From the NCBI GenBank assembly GCA_035571835.1, contig DATNBU010000034.1:23013-87012 (forward strand): a stretch of DNA of 64,000 nt. The letters run 5' to 3'. The stretch's first letter is position 1, and every line of letters starts with the position of its first letter. The translations under genes and the position numbers were made by a program. This stretch comes from Candidatus Limnocylindrales bacterium (GTDB taxonomy: Bacteria > Desulfobacterota > Binatia > UBA1149 > CAITLU01). The notes under the pieces are model-generated. The model saw nothing but the letters and a program-made list of their open reading frames with translations, searched no databases and was not told where the DNA came from. Shown piece after piece: positions 8,366 through 17,247 of the stretch.

Positions 8366-9898
8366 ATGATTCTGAATCGTTTCTGGAAGCTCGCGCTGCC
8401 ATCGTTGACCGCGATGATTGCGCTCGAAGCATCGGCCTATGCAGCCGCATGCCCTGGCGTCGTCACCGGGTCATACACGCTGACCGCGGATCTTACGGCC
8501 ACGACCACAGGTGCGTATTGCATCATCGCGCAGGGCCCGAATACCACCATCGATCTCAATGGTTTCACGATCAGCTCGACAACCGCCGGCCAGGCGGCAA
8601 TCACCTGCAGCGCTCCCGGAATCACGGTGAAGGACAGCGGCAGCCCGAAAGGCTCGATCACGGGACTGTGGTGGTACGGCATCAAGGACTGCGAAAGGAT
8701 CCAGGGGGTCGAGATGCTGGGCAGCGGCGCAACATACGCGGTGTATAACGCCCAGTCGCGCCCACTCGAAGAGCTGACCGACAGCATCATCGATGCCGAC
8801 ACCTACGGTGTCACCGCGTACCTGATGGGCGGCGGCTCGCAGATTGTCGGCAACAGCATCACGGCTGACAACAAGGGCATCGAGATCCTCGGCAACAACA
8901 ACGAGGTTACCGATACTCCGGGAGTTGCGGCGATCGAGTACAACGTCATCCGTCTCGTCGCCTATTACGGAATCAAATCCGTCGCTCGCGACGTACGAAT
9001 CCGCAGCAACATGATGTACGACCTCAACCTGTCCTATCCGAGTGGAACCTGCGTGGACGTCCCGGCGGGCACGCCATATGGCCAGCTCCAGTGCCCATGC
9101 GGAGCGCCGTATTGCGAGGCCGCAGCGGCTCCGCCATACGACACGTTCATCGAACCAACGAACAACTGTCCGGGGACTCTCGCTCCGGGCGGTACAACGA
9201 TTTCACTGTCACAAGACTACGATCTCGCGGGTGGAGTCGGCCCGTGTATCACGTTGGACGGGCCCGGGACTCTCAATCTCAACGGTCATTACATTACGAA
9301 CTCCGGTAGTGTGAACGGGACTGCGATCGAGTGTACGTCAACGGGAAATTACAGCGCGACCATCCAGGATACGGCTACGTCGAAGGGCGCAGTCGACGGA
9401 AACTTCGTGACCGGCATCAAGAGCTGCGCGAGGATTGACAGCGTCCGGGTCATGGGCGCCATGACGATCGGCGTCGAGAATTCGAGCAGCGCTGATGAAG
9501 CGCATTCCCTCGACTACCTGAGACACAGCGTGATCCACGCTGCGACGGCGGCGGTTTCGACGCGGCTGAACAATCGTCACTCCGACATTTCAGACAATTC
9601 CCTGCGTGCGAGCGACACCGGCCTCTACGTCGCCAGTATCCGGGACAATACGACTTACACGGGAAAAGCGACCGTGCACAACAACCAGCTGCGCGATGCT
9701 CACGGCGTGTCGATTGATACCAGCGGTGCGTACTACGTCGATCTGCAGGACAACCTCATGTATCGCACGGATCCGCTGGACACTCTCGGCACGTGCCTCG
9801 ATCTCAACACTGGAAACGTGGAGGACAGGTCGCTTTGCAACTGTCCGGGGCAATGCGAAGGCGACGTGGCGCCGTTTGCGTTCCCGCTTTTATACTGA
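8366..9898 (+). CDS. Secreted right-handed parallel beta-helix-like protein, two tandem modules (paralogue A)
   Basis: ATG 8366 with GGAGG 6 nt upstream. Signal peptide MILNRFWKLALPSLTAMIALEASAYAAA. Short repeats rich in G/N/T/I typical of beta-helix rungs (IVGNSITADNKGIEILGNNNEV...). GC is lower than in neighbouring genes. Confidence 0.8.
   Translation: MILNRFWKLALPSLTAMIALEASAYAAACPGVVTGSYTLTADLTATTTGAYCIIAQGPNTTIDLNGFTISSTTAGQAAITCSAPGITVKDSGSPKGSITGLWWYGIKDCERIQGVEMLGSGATYAVYNAQSRPLEELTDSIIDADTYGVTAYLMGGGSQIVGNSITADNKGIEILGNNNEVTDTPGVAAIEYNVIRLVAYYGIKSVARDVRIRSNMMYDLNLSYPSGTCVDVPAGTPYGQLQCPCGAPYCEAAAAPPYDTFIEPTNNCPGTLAPGGTTISLSQDYDLAGGVGPCITLDGPGTLNLNGHYITNSGSVNGTAIECTSTGNYSATIQDTATSKGAVDGNFVTGIKSCARIDSVRVMGAMTIGVENSSSADEAHSLDYLRHSVIHAATAAVSTRLNNRHSDISDNSLRASDTGLYVASIRDNTTYTGKATVHNNQLRDAHGVSIDTSGAYYVDLQDNLMYRTDPLDTLGTCLDLNTGNVEDRSLCNCPGQCEGDVAPFAFPLLY
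8447..9898 (+). repeat. Intragenic duplication of a ~250-270 aa beta-helix module (module 1 about 8447-9160, module 2 about 9161-9898)
   Basis: Three segments align between modules: CPG...CIIAQGPNTTIDLNGFTISS with CPG...CITLDGPGTLNLNGHYITNS; AAITCSAPG..KGSITGLWWYGIKDCERIQGVEMLG with TAIECTSTG..KGAVDGNFVTGIKSCARIDSVRVMG; and the terminal knots GTCVDVPAGTPYGQLQCPCGAPYCE with GTCLDLNTGNVEDRSLCNCPGQCEGD. Confidence 0.7.
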
Positions 9899-9982
9899 GC
9901 CGTGATTCGAGGCTTCAACGATATTGCCCGCGTGCCAGATGGTTGCATTGCGGTCACTTCACAAACGAAAGGAGTCCGGAAG

Positions 9983-10786
9983 ATGATACTGCGAAATCCA
10001 AAGAAAAATACGAGTGCTTTTGCCTTCATGATGGCAATTGCATTTCTTTTCGTGCCTGCCGCCCACGCGCTCAATACCTGTGGGAATTACTTCAATGACC
10101 TGACGCTCTCCAGCGACGTCACGATGCCGGCCAACAACACGGCTCCGTGCATCCTCATGCAGGCCGGAAAAAAACTGAACTTGAACGGTTGGGCGATCAG
10201 ATGCGCGTCGGGTAGTCCTTGTGCTAACCAGCCCGCGGTGGCGTGCGCCGACTACAATGGCGGATTGGCAGTCAACTCCGTCATTTACGGCGGTACGATC
10301 GATGGCAACTTCTCGATCGGTGTAGACAACTGCGGGACCGTCCGCGACATGAAGATGACGGGCCCTACAACCGGAATCAGATATTCGTCGAACGGCAAGG
10401 ACTACTATCGCAACGTCATCCAGCTTACCGGCACAACGGGTACCGGCATCGATGTGAAGCTCGAAGACTCAACCGATACGATCCACGACAACCGGATCGA
10501 TGGCGGCGGAACCGGAATCAAGGTCATTGGCAAATCCGGTTCTGCAACAGGCCCTCGGGTGTACCAGAACGTGATCCGCGGATTTGCGACGTACGGTCTG
10601 CGCAACGCGGACTCGACCTATGTCCGCTTTGAAGAGTCCGTCATGATCGAGGGACTGCCCGGCTCGACCGGAGTCAGCATCCAGTCGGGGAACGCGACGC
10701 TGAGCGGGCTGGTCTGCGAGAAAGGCAGCCAGTGCAGCTGCGAGCTCGATAAGGTGCAGGCGCCGGGCAACTGTTTCACACCGTAA
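9983..10786 (+). CDS. Secreted parallel beta-helix-like protein, single module (paralogue B)
   Basis: ATG 9983 with AAAGGAG upstream. Signal peptide MILRNPKKNTSAFAFMMAIAFLFVPAAHA. Same N-cap (NTCG...LTLSSDV...CILMQAGKKLNLNGWAIRC...TIDGNFSIGVDNCGTVRDMKMTG) and C-terminal knot (CEKGSQCSCELDKVQAPGNC) as the modules of paralogue A. Confidence 0.8.
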   Translation: MILRNPKKNTSAFAFMMAIAFLFVPAAHALNTCGNYFNDLTLSSDVTMPANNTAPCILMQAGKKLNLNGWAIRCASGSPCANQPAVACADYNGGLAVNSVIYGGTIDGNFSIGVDNCGTVRDMKMTGPTTGIRYSSNGKDYYRNVIQLTGTTGTGIDVKLEDSTDTIHDNRIDGGGTGIKVIGKSGSATGPRVYQNVIRGFATYGLRNADSTYVRFEESVMIEGLPGSTGVSIQSGNATLSGLVCEKGSQCSCELDKVQAPGNCFTP

Positions 10787-10798
10787 ATGTTCGTGCGC

Positions 10799-10829
10799 GC
10801 GGAGCGAGGCGCGATGCGCCTCGCTCCGC
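10799..10829 (+). terminator. GC-rich hairpin after paralogue B (possible terminator, no clear U-tract)
   Basis: GCGGAGCGAGGCGC-GAT-GCGCCTCGCTCCGC forms a 14-bp perfect stem starting 13 nt after the stop codon, between convergent genes. Confidence 0.4.
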
Positions 10830-10953
10830 GGCGGATGTATGCCATGCCCGGACGGCGGTCCGCGACAGCAGCATTCTGGATCGGAAGAATCAGAGTGGTT
10901 GCGCTCGGCTCACAACCGAAGGAACTACCGCCGACCCGCGAAGAGCCGAAATA

Positions 10954-12933
10954 TCAATGCCCGATCTGCGACAACAACTGGCGGGCCGCAGCGAAGTCCG
11001 GCTGTAGCGCCAGCGCGGCCTGGATTTCGCGCCGCGCGTCGGCGCTGCGCTCCGGATGAAAACGGATCAGCATGACGGCGGTCCGGTAGTGCTTCTGCGC
11101 AGGGTTGGTTTCTGAATCGACGGCAGCCACGAACTCGGCCTCGGCTTCGGCGGCTTTGCCGAGCCGCGCGTAGACGCGGCCGAGATTGGCGTGTCCGACT
11201 GACGTGAGGCCGAGATCGATGGCACGTTGGTAGGCCTTCATCGCGAGCTCGTCGCGACCGAGCTTGTCGTAGACGACGCCGCAGTTGTTGAACAGCTGCG
11301 CGCTGCGTGAAGGTTGGTCGAGCTGCCCGTTGCACGCTTCGGCCGCTTCTTCGAAACGCCCGTCATTCGACAGCGCCGAGACATACAGGCGCCAGCCGTC
11401 GCCGTTTTCCGGGGCTGCACGAACCTCCGCACCGAACAGCGCGGTCGCGCTATGCCACTGGGCGTTGCGCGCGGTGGTCGCATAAAGGCCGAGCGCGAGC
11501 ACCGGGGCGGCGCAGAGTGCGGCTGAGCCGACGCCGCGCATTCGTGCGAGCGCGGCGATCGCTGCGGCCGACGCAATGGCCACCGACACCGACGGCAAGT
11601 ATGCCACGCGCTCGGCGATCAGCAGCGAGTTCTGCAGCTTCATTACGCCGAGCGCCGAACCGATCGCGGTGAACACGCGACTCGACGGCAGCAGCGATAC
11701 ATAAAAGAAAGCGATCGCGATCGCGACGAGCGGCGCGCGGCGCCGCACGAGGATCGCGCTCGCCACCAGCGCGCCATGAACGATCACGGAGGCGACGAGG
11801 CCGGTGCCGCTGAAATTTTCGTACGAAGCGCGCAGCGGATGCGGCCAAAGGAGCATGCGCAGGTACTCGCGCAACGTCGCCGCCGAGTACGCCAGGCGCG
11901 ACAGAAAGTCCTCTCCGGTCACGACGCCGAGAATCGGTCCGCCGGTGGCTTCGCCGGCTGCGGCCATCGAATGGCCGCGCAGCACGAAGTACTCGCCGAG
12001 CGGTAGCAGCAGCACGGCCACGGGCGCCAGCCTGCGAAGGCGGTCGCTCGCGGACTCGTGCGGATGCGCGATCCACAGCGTGGCGGCGGCGAGCACCGGC
12101 AGCGACACGGCACTCTCGCGGCAAAGCAGGGCAGCAAGATAGAAGACGCACGCGCCGATCCACGCCGCGACCGGACGCGTCTCGTGCCAGCGAACGATGA
12201 TCCACAGAGCCGTCACGACGCCGATCGTCGAGAGCACTTCCGAGCGGTTGAACACCGAATCGACGGCTTCGGTGTGGATCGGATGCACGGCGAAGACCGC
12301 GGCGGCAAGCGCCGCAATCCACGGCGCGGAAGCGGCCGACAGCGCGGCCCGGGAAGCGATCGACGACGCGATCGACGAACCAGGCGACAAAGAATCCGCG
12401 TCCGAACCGACGGCATCGCGCACCGCGCCTGTCGTCTGCCATGCGCCGACAGCGACGATCAGCTCGGCGAGCAGCAGAAACACGGCGAGGCTTGCAAGCA
12501 TGTGAAGCACCACGTTGGTCGCGTGGTAGCCCGCCGGATCTTCGCCGAACATGGCGCCGTTGACGGCGATGCTCAGGATCGCCAGCGGCCGGTACGTGCC
12601 GGCGCCGGAGCCGGTCGCCGACCACGTGTCTTCGCGAAACATCTGGCCAACCGATTTCCACGTAAGTGCATGCCGGGCAGGAACGAAGAACACGTCGTCG
12701 TGGATGGCGATCGATGGCATCGCATTGGCAAACGCGCCGAATGCCATCGCGACGACGAAGAGCGCGGGCACCACGAGCGAGACGAGCGAAAAACGCCGCG
12801 CGGCAGCGCTCCGTGCAGCGGCTTTTGCGTCCGCCGGCGCAGGCATAGCTGCAGGCGCGGCGGCAGCCGGCGCAGCAACGGTCAGCGTCCGCTCGGTCGG
12901 GAGACGGTGGAGTGGCTTCTTGCGTCTCGTCAT
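10954..12933 (-). CDS. Polytopic membrane protein with C-terminal TPR repeats (TMTC/PMT_2-like putative glycosyltransferase)
   Basis: 659 aa with about 9-11 hydrophobic helices followed by TPR-like repeats (NCGVVYDKLGRDELAMKAYQRAIDL...ANLGRVYARLGKAAEAEAEFVAAV). The functional class is inferred from architecture only. Confidence 0.8.
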   Translation of the reverse strand: MTRRKKPLHRLPTERTLTVAAPAAAAPAAMPAPADAKAAARSAAARRFSLVSLVVPALFVVAMAFGAFANAMPSIAIHDDVFFVPARHALTWKSVGQMFREDTWSATGSGAGTYRPLAILSIAVNGAMFGEDPAGYHATNVVLHMLASLAVFLLLAELIVAVGAWQTTGAVRDAVGSDADSLSPGSSIASSIASRAALSAASAPWIAALAAAVFAVHPIHTEAVDSVFNRSEVLSTIGVVTALWIIVRWHETRPVAAWIGACVFYLAALLCRESAVSLPVLAAATLWIAHPHESASDRLRRLAPVAVLLLPLGEYFVLRGHSMAAAGEATGGPILGVVTGEDFLSRLAYSAATLREYLRMLLWPHPLRASYENFSGTGLVASVIVHGALVASAILVRRRAPLVAIAIAFFYVSLLPSSRVFTAIGSALGVMKLQNSLLIAERVAYLPSVSVAIASAAAIAALARMRGVGSAALCAAPVLALGLYATTARNAQWHSATALFGAEVRAAPENGDGWRLYVSALSNDGRFEEAAEACNGQLDQPSRSAQLFNNCGVVYDKLGRDELAMKAYQRAIDLGLTSVGHANLGRVYARLGKAAEAEAEFVAAVDSETNPAQKHYRTAVMLIRFHPERSADARREIQAALALQPDFAAARQLLSQIGH

Positions 12934-13065
12934 CGGGTCGGTGGCGGCACGGACGGTGCCGCGAATCGGCCGAGCATATGAACTTCTCCGTTCGCGGGCG
13001 AGTCTGCGCGCGGCTTATCACATCCCTGCCTCGCGTCTCCCGGGCCGTGGTGGTTAACAGGGGCC

Positions 13066-14457
13066 GTGGCAAATCGCGCGAAAGCGGAAACCGAGTACGT
13101 CTGCCAGGAGTGCGGTCACCGCCAGACCAAGTGGGACGGCAAGTGTCCGGCATGCGGCAAGTGGAACTCGCTCGCCGAAGAAGCCAGGCGCCGCGACGTC
13201 TCGCCGACGTCACGCAAGGCCGCCGCGATCCTGGGATCGGCGAGCTCCGCGGCGCTCGAACCGCTTGCCGGCGTCGAAGGAGATGCCGGCGGCGAGAGAA
13301 CGCCAACTGGCATCGGCGAGCTCGACCGCGTTCTCGGCGGGGGTCTGGTCGCCGGCTCGGCCGTGCTCGTCGGCGGCGAGCCGGGTGTCGGCAAATCCAC
13401 GCTCGCGATCCAGTTCGCATCGGGCCTTGCGGCGCGCGGCCGGCCGGTGCTGTACGTCAGCGGCGAGGAAGCGGCGCTGCAGGTTCGCCGGCGCGGAGAA
13501 CGGCTCGGCCTTCCGCTCGCAAACATCCTCGTGCTCGCCGACATCGACGTCGACGCGATCCTCCGCGCAATGAAAGACGTGCGGCCGTCGGCGGTCATCG
13601 TCGACTCCGTGCAGACGATCCGCACGTCGCGCGTCGAGTCGGCTCCCGGATCGGTCTCGCAGCTTCGTGAAGCAACGGCCGAGCTGATCACCGGAGCGCG
13701 CACGCTGTCGTCGGCGCTGTGGCTGATCGGGCACGTGACCAAGGACGGCGCTGTCGCCGGGCCTCGGATCCTCGAGCACATGGTCGACTCGGTGCTCTAC
13801 TTCGAAGGCGACCGCCACGGCGCGTTCCGCATCCTTCGTGCGGTCAAGAACAGGTTCGGACCGACCGGCGAGCTCGGCGTGTTCGAGATGCACGGCAACG
13901 GGCTGGTGGAAGTCGAAAATCCCTCGAGCGTATTCGTCGGCGCCACCGGAAGGGAGGCACCGGGCTCGGTCATCTCCGCGTGCATCGAAGGAAGCCGCCC
14001 TCTGCTGGTCGAGATCCAGTCGTTGGTGTCGCCGAGCCATCCAGGCTCCGCGCGGCGCACGACGGTCGGCGTCGATCACGCGCGCGTCGCGATGCTGGCG
14101 GCAGTCGTCGAGAAACATCTCGGCCTGTCGATGGCGAGCCAGGACGTGTTCGTCAACACCGCCGGCGGCGTGCGCATCGACGATCCGGGCGTCGATCTTG
14201 CGATTATCGCTGCGCTCGCGTCGAGTTATCTCGACAAGGCGCTTCCTGCTCGCACGCTGGTGCTCGGCGAGGTCGGGCTCACGGGGGAAGTACGCCCGGT
14301 CACGCAGGTTCGCGCCAGGCTGCGCGAGGCCGCACGGCTCGGGTTCGAGCGCGCGATCGTCGGCGGTGAGGAAAAAGCTCGGACCGCAGACCTCGGCCTG
14401 AAGATCCAGATGGTCGCCACGGTGGGCGAGGCGTGGGAAGCGCTTCGAGATCGCTGA
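13066..14457 (+). CDS. radA: DNA repair protein RadA/Sms
   Basis: GTG start. Zinc ribbon YVCQECGHRQTKWDGKCPACGKWNSL, Walker A GGEPGVGKST, KNRFG motif, and a Lon-like C-terminal domain. Confidence 0.95.
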   Translation: MANRAKAETEYVCQECGHRQTKWDGKCPACGKWNSLAEEARRRDVSPTSRKAAAILGSASSAALEPLAGVEGDAGGERTPTGIGELDRVLGGGLVAGSAVLVGGEPGVGKSTLAIQFASGLAARGRPVLYVSGEEAALQVRRRGERLGLPLANILVLADIDVDAILRAMKDVRPSAVIVDSVQTIRTSRVESAPGSVSQLREATAELITGARTLSSALWLIGHVTKDGAVAGPRILEHMVDSVLYFEGDRHGAFRILRAVKNRFGPTGELGVFEMHGNGLVEVENPSSVFVGATGREAPGSVISACIEGSRPLLVEIQSLVSPSHPGSARRTTVGVDHARVAMLAAVVEKHLGLSMASQDVFVNTAGGVRIDDPGVDLAIIAALASSYLDKALPARTLVLGEVGLTGEVRPVTQVRARLREAARLGFERAIVGGEEKARTADLGLKIQMVATVGEAWEALRDR

Positions 14458-15387
14458 CCCTTCGGTTCGTCGTCCGACGCGCTACGTTTCTACGCTCCAC
14501 TCATTCGCTCACGCTCAAGCGTTGGGCAGCAGCCTGCCGCAGCTTGAGGCACGTGACGGTGCTGCGCCTGCGCGGCGCGCGGCGACGTTAAACCCAAACA
14601 CAGCAATTCCCTGGGATTCCGCACCTGATTGCCCTCGACGCGCACTCGGCATCGTTCCTGCTATCGCATGGTCGCGAAGACGTACGGTTGCCGGGAAATC
14701 GATTGCGCCCAGCGCGTCGCTACGCCGGTCGGGCAATTCCTGCCGCGTCAAAGGCAACCGTCTTCGTCGACGTTTTGTCCGAAGTTTTGGCGGAATCCAC
14801 CGATGACGGTGATGGGTTGCGGTGGCATGACAGCTAGGAAGGCAGCGGTCATGTTGCGTCAGCGGCTTCATCGTTAGCCGGAACTGGTGGAGTGCGGCGC
14901 GCCGGCGGAATGGTCCCCTGCCGGCGCGCCGTCGCCGTTTCTACTCGCCCGCTTTCACTCGCCGGCGACACTCCCGCAACTGGTTCGTTCCACAGAGCTC
15001 CGTTCGACGGAGTCGAGCGCTCGCTCGCGCGACTGCCGAACTCCCGACGACCCTACTTACGTCGCATGAGCCCGGAGACGCGGCACGGCGAGGGTCGCGG
15101 TCGCGCGATCAAGCCGCTGCTCGGGATAACCCGCGCGTTCGATCAATGCGCCATTGACGCGACGGGAGGTTCGGCCGGTCGCTGCGGACCTTGGCCGGAG
15201 CCTACAAGTTAGGCGCTGCCTATCCAGTTGGCATTCTTCGAAGCGGCCGCCAGCGCCGCGCCGGTCGCGTGGTGGCCCGATGCGCATCGATGCCCGGACA
15301 GCCGGGGCCCGAATCGCGTGAAAACCCGCGTAGGTTCACGCCCGAAGCTGGCCCGTCCTGCGCAGACGCACGAGCCGGGCGCACGGA

Positions 15388-15403
15388 TGGCAACGTCCTT
15401 GCA
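15388..15403 (+). promoter_or_regulatory. Sigma-54 (-24/-12) type promoter upstream of amt
   Basis: TGGCAACGTCCTTGCA matches TGGCAC-N5-TTGC(A/T) with exact spacing and lies about 150 nt upstream of the amt ATG. NtrC/sigma-54 control of amt genes is well established in proteobacteria. Confidence 0.55.
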
Positions 15404-15552
15404 TTAACGCCCCCGTCGAGATGCCGGACACGAGCTTCCGGCGGCACCATTCCTTGTGTCGGTCCGCCATCGGCGAACGGGCACTGGAGAGAACGGAGAT
15501 AAACCGCGCACCAAACGGCGCGGGCGTCAGTATCAAACAAGGGGACTTTTCA

Positions 15553-17043
15553 ATGAGGCAGCACATGCGAGTTTCGTTCTTCCGCGCGGCCAGGCGCGCC
15601 TTCGTAGCGGGCGTAGCCATGCCCGTTCTCATCACCGCAATTGCGGCCGCGGTCATGCCTGCGGTGGCGATCGCCGAAGACGCCAAGAGCGACCCGAGCA
15701 TCGAGCAGCGCGTGGCCGACCTCGAGGCCTACATCAACAACACTGCCCGCGGGGCGGATGCGGCCGGCGCGACGGTCTCTTCGAAAGTTGCGTCCGCGGG
15801 CCCCGGTCACAACGGCTGGATGATGACCTCGGCGGCCCTCGTGCTGTTCATGACGCTGCCCGGCCTGGCCCTGTTCTACGGAGGACTGGTCCGCACCAAG
15901 AACGTGCTGTCGGTGCTCGCGCAGTGTTTCGGCATCGCCGGCCTCGTGACGATCATGTGGTGGGCATTCGGATACAGCATGGTCTTCGATACAGGCGGTC
16001 CGCTGCTCGGCGGCCTCAGTAAAATGTTCCTCGCAGGCGTCACCAGCGCCGTGAACACGAACTACGCATACTGGGTGTCCGAGAACGTGTTCGCGATGTA
16101 TCAGATGATGTTCGCGATCATCACGCCGGCACTGATCATCGGCGCCATCGCCGAACGCATGAAGTTCTCGGCGATCATGCTGTTCGTCGCGCTGTGGATG
16201 GTCCTGATCTACTTCCCGCTTGCCCACATGGTCTGGGGCGTCAACGGGATGATGAACGGCGTCTGGAATGCGGACGCGACCATCAAGGCGATCGACTTCG
16301 CCGGCGGAACCGTCGTGCACATGTCGTCGGGCTGGTCGGCTCTGATCCTCTGCCTGATCCTCGGTCCCCGCATCGGCTTCGGCAAAGAGCCGATGACGCC
16401 GCACAGCATGGTATTCTGCATGGTCGGCACGGGCATGCTGTGGGTCGGCTGGTACGGCTTCAACGCGGGCAGCGCAGTCGCGGCCGACGGCGTCGCGGCC
16501 AATGCGTTCACGACGACGACGCTCGCAACTGCAGTCGCCTCCTTCGTCTGGGCGCTCGCCGAATACATCGAGAGAGGAAAGCCGAGCGTGCTCGGGTTCT
16601 GCTCGGGCGCGGTGGCGGGCCTCGTCGTCATCACGCCGGCATGCGGCTTCGTGACGCCCGGCTCGTCGGTGATCATCGGCATCCTGGCCGGCATCATCCC
16701 GTTCCTGGCCTGCACGAAGGTCAAGCACATGTTCGGCTACGACGACGCGCTCGATACCTTCGGCGTGCACGCGGTCGGCGGAACGCTCGGCGCGTTCGTG
16801 ACCGGCATCTTTGCGACGCCGGACGTCAACTCGAACCTGTCGACGAACCTGTCGGCCATCGTCGGCCACACCCTGTGGCTCGAGCAGCTCAAGGCGATGG
16901 GCATCACGATCGTGATGGCGGTGGTCGGCACGGTGATCATTGCGAACATCGTCAAGGCGGTCGTCGGTCTCCGGCCGGCAGAAGAAGTCGAGCGCGAAGG
17001 CCTCGACATCACCGAGCACGGTGAAGTCGGCTACAACTACTGA
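15553..17043 (+). CDS. amt: Ammonium transporter (Amt family)
   Basis: ATG 15553 with AAGGGGA upstream. Signal-like N-terminus, then canonical Amt sequence: GHNGWMMTSAALVLFMTLPGLALFYGGLVR...DFAGGTVVHMSSGWSALI...GTGMLWVGWYGFNAGS...DDALDTFGVHAVGG. Confidence 0.93.
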   Translation: MRQHMRVSFFRAARRAFVAGVAMPVLITAIAAAVMPAVAIAEDAKSDPSIEQRVADLEAYINNTARGADAAGATVSSKVASAGPGHNGWMMTSAALVLFMTLPGLALFYGGLVRTKNVLSVLAQCFGIAGLVTIMWWAFGYSMVFDTGGPLLGGLSKMFLAGVTSAVNTNYAYWVSENVFAMYQMMFAIITPALIIGAIAERMKFSAIMLFVALWMVLIYFPLAHMVWGVNGMMNGVWNADATIKAIDFAGGTVVHMSSGWSALILCLILGPRIGFGKEPMTPHSMVFCMVGTGMLWVGWYGFNAGSAVAADGVAANAFTTTTLATAVASFVWALAEYIERGKPSVLGFCSGAVAGLVVITPACGFVTPGSSVIIGILAGIIPFLACTKVKHMFGYDDALDTFGVHAVGGTLGAFVTGIFATPDVNSNLSTNLSAIVGHTLWLEQLKAMGITIVMAVVGTVIIANIVKAVVGLRPAEEVEREGLDITEHGEVGYNY

Positions 17044-17073
17044 GCAAGGGAGCGGATGCCGGGGGGCATCCGC

Positions 17074-17111
17074 AAAAAGGCCCGCCGGGAAACCGGCGGG
17101 CCTTTCTTTTG
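17074..17111. terminator. Bidirectional Rho-independent terminator between convergent amt and ppiD
   Basis: AAAAAGGCCCGCCGG-GAAA-CCGGCGGGCCTTTCTTTTG, with an A-tract on one side and a T-tract on the other. It is preceded by a second perfect hairpin GCGGATGCC-GGGG-GGCATCCGC at 17052-17073. Confidence 0.7.
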
Positions 17112-17247
17112 TGACCTCACCCGCGGGCGCGGAGAAGGGTCGAGATACGAGGCAGAACGCGGGGAAAGGGAGCGAGGCGTGGCGGAGCCACGTTGAGCGA
17201 CCGGCCCGCGTTCGAACGAAGTAGATCGGCCCTTATCCGCGTCCGCG

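Noticed and set aside
14886-14975. tRNA/tmRNA-like end on the minus strand. The sequence ...GCACTCCACCA has a possible 7-bp acceptor pairing to GGAGTGT about 90 nt upstream, which raised the idea of tRNA-Sec or a tmRNA 3' domain.
   Set aside because: There is no T-loop (no GTTCRANYC). The supposed T arm is an 11-bp GC stem with a 13-nt loop. There is no credible D arm or anticodon arm, and no tag-peptide reading frame ending in a typical ..AA stop. This is most likely a GC hairpin plus chance CCA.
14892-15212. 106-aa ORF in the radA-amt gap with about 73% GC3 by my count.
   Set aside because: It has no start context, no recognisable motif, and an Arg/Pro/Gly-rich composition. Its GC3 is not clearly above background for this genome. 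Left uncalled.
14458-15552. Searched by eye for RNase P RNA (GGAAAGTCCGGGC / ACAGAACCCGGCTTA), SRP RNA (GGTCCGGAAGGAAGCAGC), tmRNA and a decayed glnK in the long spacer.
   Set aside because: Only weak partial resemblances were found, for example CTGTCCGGGC on the minus strand and AGGAAGGCAGC in a short hairpin at 14830-14855. This is not enough to call any RNA gene, so the region is reported only as an unexplained gap.
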